Shown in pieces: positions 59,237-64,000 of a DNA stretch of 64,000 nucleotides. Where the stretch lies: positions 12,945 to 76,944 of IMG/VR virus record IMGVR_UViG_3300025137_000026; one strand, given 5' to 3'. Source of the DNA: a virus. Each line of letters begins with the position of its first letter. The stretch's first letter is position 1. The notes under the pieces are model-generated. The model worked only from the letters and a program-made list of their open reading frames with translations. It did not search any database and was not told the origin of the DNA. The position numbers were made by a program, and so were the translations under genes.

Positions 59237-61617
59237 TGGCAAAAAAAAAGGCATACAAACACTACTCCTTAATGGTGCCGGAGGGTGGGCAACTAATATC
59301 AGGCTCTAATTCTCAGGACACTGCTGGCGCAAGTAACTATGTTGAAAAGATTAACTTCCGCAGAGAGACTGATGGGGAAGTAAGAAGAGAGGGTTGGAGT
59401 CGAGTGAATTCAGGTGGGTATGATGTTTCAAAATTAGATACTGATGATGCACCAATTAGATTATTACATCAGTTCGAGTCAGAAGGAGAAAAAATATTAG
59501 TAGCAGGGGCTGGCGATAAGCTTTATTCATTTAGTGAGTCAACCCACACTTGGTCGGTTATAGCAGAAGAGTTATTTAATTTAGATGAGATAAATTACAC
59601 TCAGGCCATGACTAATGCATCTGGGCTTTATGGACTAAAAGCAAAACGATGGGAAGTGGTCACAATCGATGGGTACTGCATATTTAACAATGGAGTGGAC
59701 TTGCCCTTATTTTATAGAAATGGATGGCCGTGCGCGTTTCCATTATTCTCTCTTAGAGAAAGAGGTATAGTAAGAGTGGGAACAATATCTGAATTTGACG
59801 GAAGATTATTTATTGCTGATGTTGAGTACTTTGATGAAACAATAGAGAACAACTTCAGTTATTTTATGGGAGCATCTTCCTTTCCATATTATTTACCAGA
59901 ATCCTTTTCTGATTATTTCCACTACACTACAACCTACACAGTCCCTCATATAATAGAGTTCTCTGCTTGGAGGCTAGCAGACGATCAGAGAGAGGCTAGG
60001 GCAGCGCCCAATCTTTTCGGGCAGACATATAATGGTGAGGTGAATGCAATGCAGAGTGGTAATATCACGACAATAACTTTACCCTATGTTCTTGGTGGCA
60101 CGAATGACACTAGTGGATCAGGATATGAGAGCTTTACTCATAATCCTTACTATACCATGACACCGACAGAGTTAGCTTTGTTGAATTACGAACACTCTAC
60201 ATTTGTTGCAGGTGATTCAATTAGAATGACCGTTACCGATCAAGCTGGAGTAGTCAAAGTCTACGATGCTGATGTTGTTTCAATAAGCTCCAACTGGCTG
60301 CAAAGCAAAACATTCATTGTTTTACAGGGAGCATATAACAACACTTCTACTGGAGTAGTTACAAACACTGGTGACCCAGAGTCGGAATCCACTCAAAGTG
60401 TAGCAATTGGAGACTCTCTTGATTTTATATTACTCAAGGAGCCTGATACTTTTAGTGCAGATCCTGAGATGACTCGTGAATCATCGGATTCAATAGCATT
60501 CCCTGAGGATGGATCGAATATCAATAAGATGGTAAAGCTAGGGGACAAGCTAATGGTTCACAGGCAGACTGGATACTTAGCCGTTAGTCGTGGGGATAAG
60601 TATACTGCATTTTATTACGAAGAGAGATACAAGGGTGAAAGAGTGGCAGACTTTAGGCACACCGTTATTAACATTGATGAACAAAGACAAATGTTTGCAG
60701 GTTTCAATGGAGTCTATGTAATTAGCCCTGCATCGGTTGAGCCTGTTCCGTTTCCAACATTTATGATGGGGCCAGAGTTTTGGAGGTTAATAACAAACGA
60801 TGAGGTGGAGTATGTTTACTCACGTGAGAACCCATTAACACAAGAGATTTTCTTAGTTTCTCCGATTGGCTACACTGAAAATGAGGGTTCTATTCAGTTG
60901 AACTGGGGAGTCATTGCTTACGATTTAATTCAAGGAACTCTCTCACAGATAGACCATGCTTTTACTGCCATGGTTAGTACTTTTCCTACATCTGAATTTC
61001 AAAGTAGAAGATTCATGATGGCAGTTCACTTCTTAAGTAAGTCAGTTAGCAGTGAGGGAGTAGTATCTTATGCACCTGTAAGTTCTAGAATTGATTCCGA
61101 ATCGATTGAGCCTGAAGCGAATAAAGCTTATAATTTTGGCGCAATGATAATGAGGTATGGCTATGGTTCGAGCGAAGCTTTCCGCGGGCCATACCGAGAG
61201 TTCTCAAGGGACGGAGTCGATTATGAATGCATTCTAAAGTTTGGAAAGACTGACCTTCAGGATAAGTTTTCAGAAAAAAAGATGCGTTCCTACGCTTTAC
61301 ACATGTCCGACATTTTTGATTACTCTACCTATATGACTGGAGATTATGTAGATGATAATTTTACCGATATTTCTGTCGTGGCAAATTTTAAACTTTCTAC
61401 CTTTAGTACGACTCAGCAAACTGAAGTAGAGGAGGTGACACAGGATTTAGAGGACTTAAGCAATGAGGTTATGATTCCAGTCTTTGCCCAGGGTAATTAT
61501 TTTCAAGATGCAATTAAGTTAACTGGGCTAGATCAGCCTTTCAAAGTTCTAGGAAGAACATTGGAGGTTTCAGGAGTCAGGACAAAGATGACATCGGAGG
61601 TAGTCCATGGCTCGTAG
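59236..61617 (+). CDS. Putative tail nozzle / tubular protein B (beta-propeller)
   Basis: 793 aa beta-rich; N-terminal NFRRETDGEVRREGW pattern. Confidence 0.55.
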   Translation: MAKKKAYKHYSLMVPEGGQLISGSNSQDTAGASNYVEKINFRRETDGEVRREGWSRVNSGGYDVSKLDTDDAPIRLLHQFESEGEKILVAGAGDKLYSFSESTHTWSVIAEELFNLDEINYTQAMTNASGLYGLKAKRWEVVTIDGYCIFNNGVDLPLFYRNGWPCAFPLFSLRERGIVRVGTISEFDGRLFIADVEYFDETIENNFSYFMGASSFPYYLPESFSDYFHYTTTYTVPHIIEFSAWRLADDQREARAAPNLFGQTYNGEVNAMQSGNITTITLPYVLGGTNDTSGSGYESFTHNPYYTMTPTELALLNYEHSTFVAGDSIRMTVTDQAGVVKVYDADVVSISSNWLQSKTFIVLQGAYNNTSTGVVTNTGDPESESTQSVAIGDSLDFILLKEPDTFSADPEMTRESSDSIAFPEDGSNINKMVKLGDKLMVHRQTGYLAVSRGDKYTAFYYEERYKGERVADFRHTVINIDEQRQMFAGFNGVYVISPASVEPVPFPTFMMGPEFWRLITNDEVEYVYSRENPLTQEIFLVSPIGYTENEGSIQLNWGVIAYDLIQGTLSQIDHAFTAMVSTFPTSEFQSRRFMMAVHFLSKSVSSEGVVSYAPVSSRIDSESIEPEANKAYNFGAMIMRYGYGSSEAFRGPYREFSRDGVDYECILKFGKTDLQDKFSEKKMRSYALHMSDIFDYSTYMTGDYVDDNFTDISVVANFKLSTFSTTQQTEVEEVTQDLEDLSNEVMIPVFAQGNYFQDAIKLTGLDQPFKVLGRTLEVSGVRTKMTSEVVHGS

Positions 61618-62104
61618 GAAACAAAGCGGAAGAGTTCGGTATGATATGAATGTGGCTTTTAAAAATGGTCAAAATAACTTACCCGAAATATTGACTAGGC
61701 TAAAAGAGAAAGTTAATAGAAAGCAAGATTCCTCCGACTTAGAGCAGATAGTTGGAGCTAATAATGCTTATGCAGGTATCCAATTGGGTGAAATTCAAAG
61801 GCAGATAGATGAACTTGTAAGTGAAAATGCAGTAATGCCCACTGATCAGATTACCTCTACTGGAGCATCAACTTACACGGTGGGATTTGATATGACTAGT
61901 GACTCAGTAGCTAATTATGATGTTAGCATAAATGGATTGGTTCAGGATCCACTTTCGGACTATTCTATAGACCTTTCTGCAAACACCTTAACATTAACAT
62001 CTCCACCCAATGTAGGGGATGACATTGTGATAACCCAGCGTGACACATCTACATTTGATGCCGAGGCAGCAATTAATGATTTTCTTAGTGCGTTACAAAG
62101 TTAA
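61607..62104 (+). CDS. Tail-associated protein
   Basis: VSINGLVQDP..DYSI....LTLTSPP..GDDIVI domain. Confidence 0.6.
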   Translation: MARRKQSGRVRYDMNVAFKNGQNNLPEILTRLKEKVNRKQDSSDLEQIVGANNAYAGIQLGEIQRQIDELVSENAVMPTDQITSTGASTYTVGFDMTSDSVANYDVSINGLVQDPLSDYSIDLSANTLTLTSPPNVGDDIVITQRDTSTFDAEAAINDFLSALQS

Positions 62105-62122
62105 ATAGGTTACAATATTTTT

Positions 62123-62368
62123 ATGTCTAATATTCTGTCAGAGATAGGGAATCAATTTTCTTTACTGAAAAAGAGAATATCTGACCTAAGGCTAGTTGAC
62201 TTAAGTGACACAGTTAGTAATCCACAGAATTTAGGAGTTCTTCAGTACAACTCGTTTTCAGGATTATGGACAGCACAGTCTCCTGAAGTTATAGAAGCAG
62301 CCCTTGATGGAGGACGTGCAGGCACTATTCATTTAGATATTCTAGAAATTGATGGAGGTGGTGCGTGA
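62123..62368 (+). CDS. Small tail fibre-associated protein
   Basis: LVDLSDT...VLQYN....W, IDGGGA. Confidence 0.55.
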   Translation: MSNILSEIGNQFSLLKKRISDLRLVDLSDTVSNPQNLGVLQYNSFSGLWTAQSPEVIEAALDGGRAGTIHLDILEIDGGGA

Positions 62369-62607
62369 CAACTCTTAGGCGCATTTTGGTGCGCCGCGAT
62401 ACTGCTAGTTCCTGGAGTCAGGTTAATCCTGCCCTACACCAAGGTGAAATTGGAATGGATTTAACTAACAGGAGAATGAAGGTAGGTGACGGCTTCAATA
62501 ATTGGAACGACTTACCATATGTAGATGATGCCGGACTAGATATAATCCGTGCAGAGTACGGAGATGATGTAACTTTTAATCTAAACTTTGACTTACATAG
62601 GTCATAA
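62365..62607 (+). CDS. Mtd N-terminal / hyaluronidase-type fibre domain protein
   Basis: RRDTASSW...NPALHQGEIG...MKVGDG...WNDLPY. Confidence 0.75.
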   Translation: MTTLRRILVRRDTASSWSQVNPALHQGEIGMDLTNRRMKVGDGFNNWNDLPYVDDAGLDIIRAEYGDDVTFNLNFDLHRS

Positions 62608-62625
62608 ACTCAAAACACTAATAAT

Positions 62626-63537
62626 ATGCCAGCTACAGATATACTTGGAAAAATCGGAGAAAAGGTCGGGGGTCAAATTAAGACTCTCGAGACATCATTA
62701 ACGGGAGACTATGCGACTAAAGTGTCGCTTGGTTCAGTACAAACTAACTTAGGGAATGTTCGTGCAAGCGTAGGGCTTGATTCAAGTGGTACGTACACTG
62801 CTAATGGAAGTTCAAATTACCTAAGCTCAGTCACTACTCTACAGGGTGCTGATAACGCTCTTGATGCACAGGCTAAGACTAATGCCGATGCAATCTCAAC
62901 TAATGCAGATGCAATTAACACTATTGAAGCAAGCGCTGGATTAAGTGCTGCTGGAGCGTATCAAGCTGACTCAAGTGCAGATTACATATCTGGTGCTTCT
63001 AGTTTAGCTGGAGCAGACTCTTTGCTTGATGACCAAATCAAAACTAATGCCGATGCCATTGCTGTGAACGCAAGTGATATCTCTGATCTTGATTCCAATA
63101 AGTTAGATAAGACTGGTGGTACAATTTCAAGTAATCTAATTATCTCAGGTAACTTGCAAGTTGATGGAACAACAACCACTGTTAATTCCACCACCGTTGA
63201 GGTTGAGGATAACGCGATTGAAGTTAATCTTGGGAGTTCTGGTGCAGCAACTGCTAACACTGCTGGTCTAATCGTCAATAGAGGTGCTGGAGTTGATAAG
63301 GCTCAATTCCTTTTTGATGATACAGTTGACAAGTTCACTCTAAAGGTAGGGAGTGCTGAGGGTAACCTTAAGGTTTCTGGTATCGAGGGCGCTCTGACTG
63401 GTGATGTATCAGGTAATGTTACAGGTAATGTTTCTGGTGTTGTTACCGTTCCAAATGCTAACGGCTTAATTGTTAACACAACCGCGCTTGGTGATTACTC
63501 AACTTTTGAATCAGCTTTCAATACTGCTATAGCCTGA
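62626..63537 (+). CDS. Tail fibre protein
   Basis: GNLQVDGTTTTVNSTT...DN.I; internal 44-aa duplication (GL...G.Y.A...Y.S...L.GAD..LD.Q.KTNADAI). Confidence 0.7.
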   Translation: MPATDILGKIGEKVGGQIKTLETSLTGDYATKVSLGSVQTNLGNVRASVGLDSSGTYTANGSSNYLSSVTTLQGADNALDAQAKTNADAISTNADAINTIEASAGLSAAGAYQADSSADYISGASSLAGADSLLDDQIKTNADAIAVNASDISDLDSNKLDKTGGTISSNLIISGNLQVDGTTTTVNSTTVEVEDNAIEVNLGSSGAATANTAGLIVNRGAGVDKAQFLFDDTVDKFTLKVGSAEGNLKVSGIEGALTGDVSGNVTGNVSGVVTVPNANGLIVNTTALGDYSTFESAFNTAIA

Positions 63538-63872
63538 TGACTGACATCTTAGCCCAAATTGGCGACAAGCTGGGTTCTAAGATCAAGGAACTTGAGGCTT
63601 TAATTAATTCTGGTGGAGGAGGTGGGGGCAACCCCACTTCCCCAACGGATGACTACACGGAGTCTACATTTAGTAGTGGGGTTCTTACGGCAATGACAAC
63701 TTGGACAAGTAGCTTGAAGAGTACTTTAGTTAGTAGTAAGGCATTCACCTATACAAATGGTGCGCTTACTCAGGTTGTTGAGTCGGATGAAAATGGGGCA
63801 ACGCATCTAACGACTACGATCACTTATAATTCCGGCGGAGACTTGGAGTCTATAAATAAGGATTACGCATAA
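63537..63872 (+). CDS. Small tail-associated protein
   Basis: 111 aa; N-terminus paralogous to 62626 and 62123 genes. Confidence 0.55.
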   Translation: MTDILAQIGDKLGSKIKELEALINSGGGGGGNPTSPTDDYTESTFSSGVLTAMTTWTSSLKSTLVSSKAFTYTNGALTQVVESDENGATHLTTTITYNSGGDLESINKDYA

Positions 63873-64000
63873 TGGCACTTTCAACTCCGTATAAGTCTGG
63901 TTCAATATCTAGCGTGAGTGGAACTACATTGGTTGGCACAGGTATTACTTTTGATTCCGCTGATATAGGTAGGCTTATCATTCTAACGGATGGTAATGGG
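63872..64000 (+). CDS. Tail-associated protein, truncated by window end
   Basis: TAATG coupling; MALSTPYKSGSISSVSGTTLVGTG... open to the edge. Confidence 0.5.
   Translation, partial: MALSTPYKSGSISSVSGTTLVGTGITFDSADIGRLIILTDGNG

Noticed and set aside
62365-62607. Diversity-generating retroelement suggested by the Mtd-like domain
   Set aside because: Only the N-terminal fibre domain; no reverse transcriptase or TR/VR pair in the window

Overview
The window is a large part of a temperate tailed dsDNA phage genome in its free or excised form. The gene set suggests a podovirus-like virion, and several gene families are typical of marine phages. No host housekeeping genes are present. Layout: 1-14.9 kb (+) holds injected/virion-type genes, including a 3,682-aa polyvalent protein, and a run of tiny Lys/Cys-rich genes. 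14.9-33 kb (-) is an early/accessory arm with a tyrosine recombinase, SNF2-type helicase, C5 DNA methyltransferase, GP88-like protein, peptide deformylase and about 30 small unknown genes, preceded by a 1.2-kb hairpin-rich non-coding stretch. 36.5-43.5 kb (-) is replication and recombination (dNMP kinase, SSB, DnaB, RusA, PD-(D/E)XK exonuclease, Rad52-like annealase). 43.2-45.9 kb holds a divergent regulator pair, an origin-like repeat block, an integrase and an attP carrying the 3' half of tRNA-Phe. 46-64 kb (+) holds terminase, portal, scaffold, capsid and tail genes. The two most striking observations are: (1) the C5 methyltransferase locus is dual-coded over about 1.55 kb, with a second frame carrying motif IX and seven tandem W-x-T-P units that look like target-recognition modules (candidate two-chain multispecific MTase); (2) a 22-bp quasi-palindrome (GTWAY-N11-GGTTAC) recurs about 16 times, mostly at gene junctions, always with the same genomic polarity, with a degenerate copy directly upstream of the second tyrosine recombinase. 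All calls are from reading motifs by eye; no searches were run.
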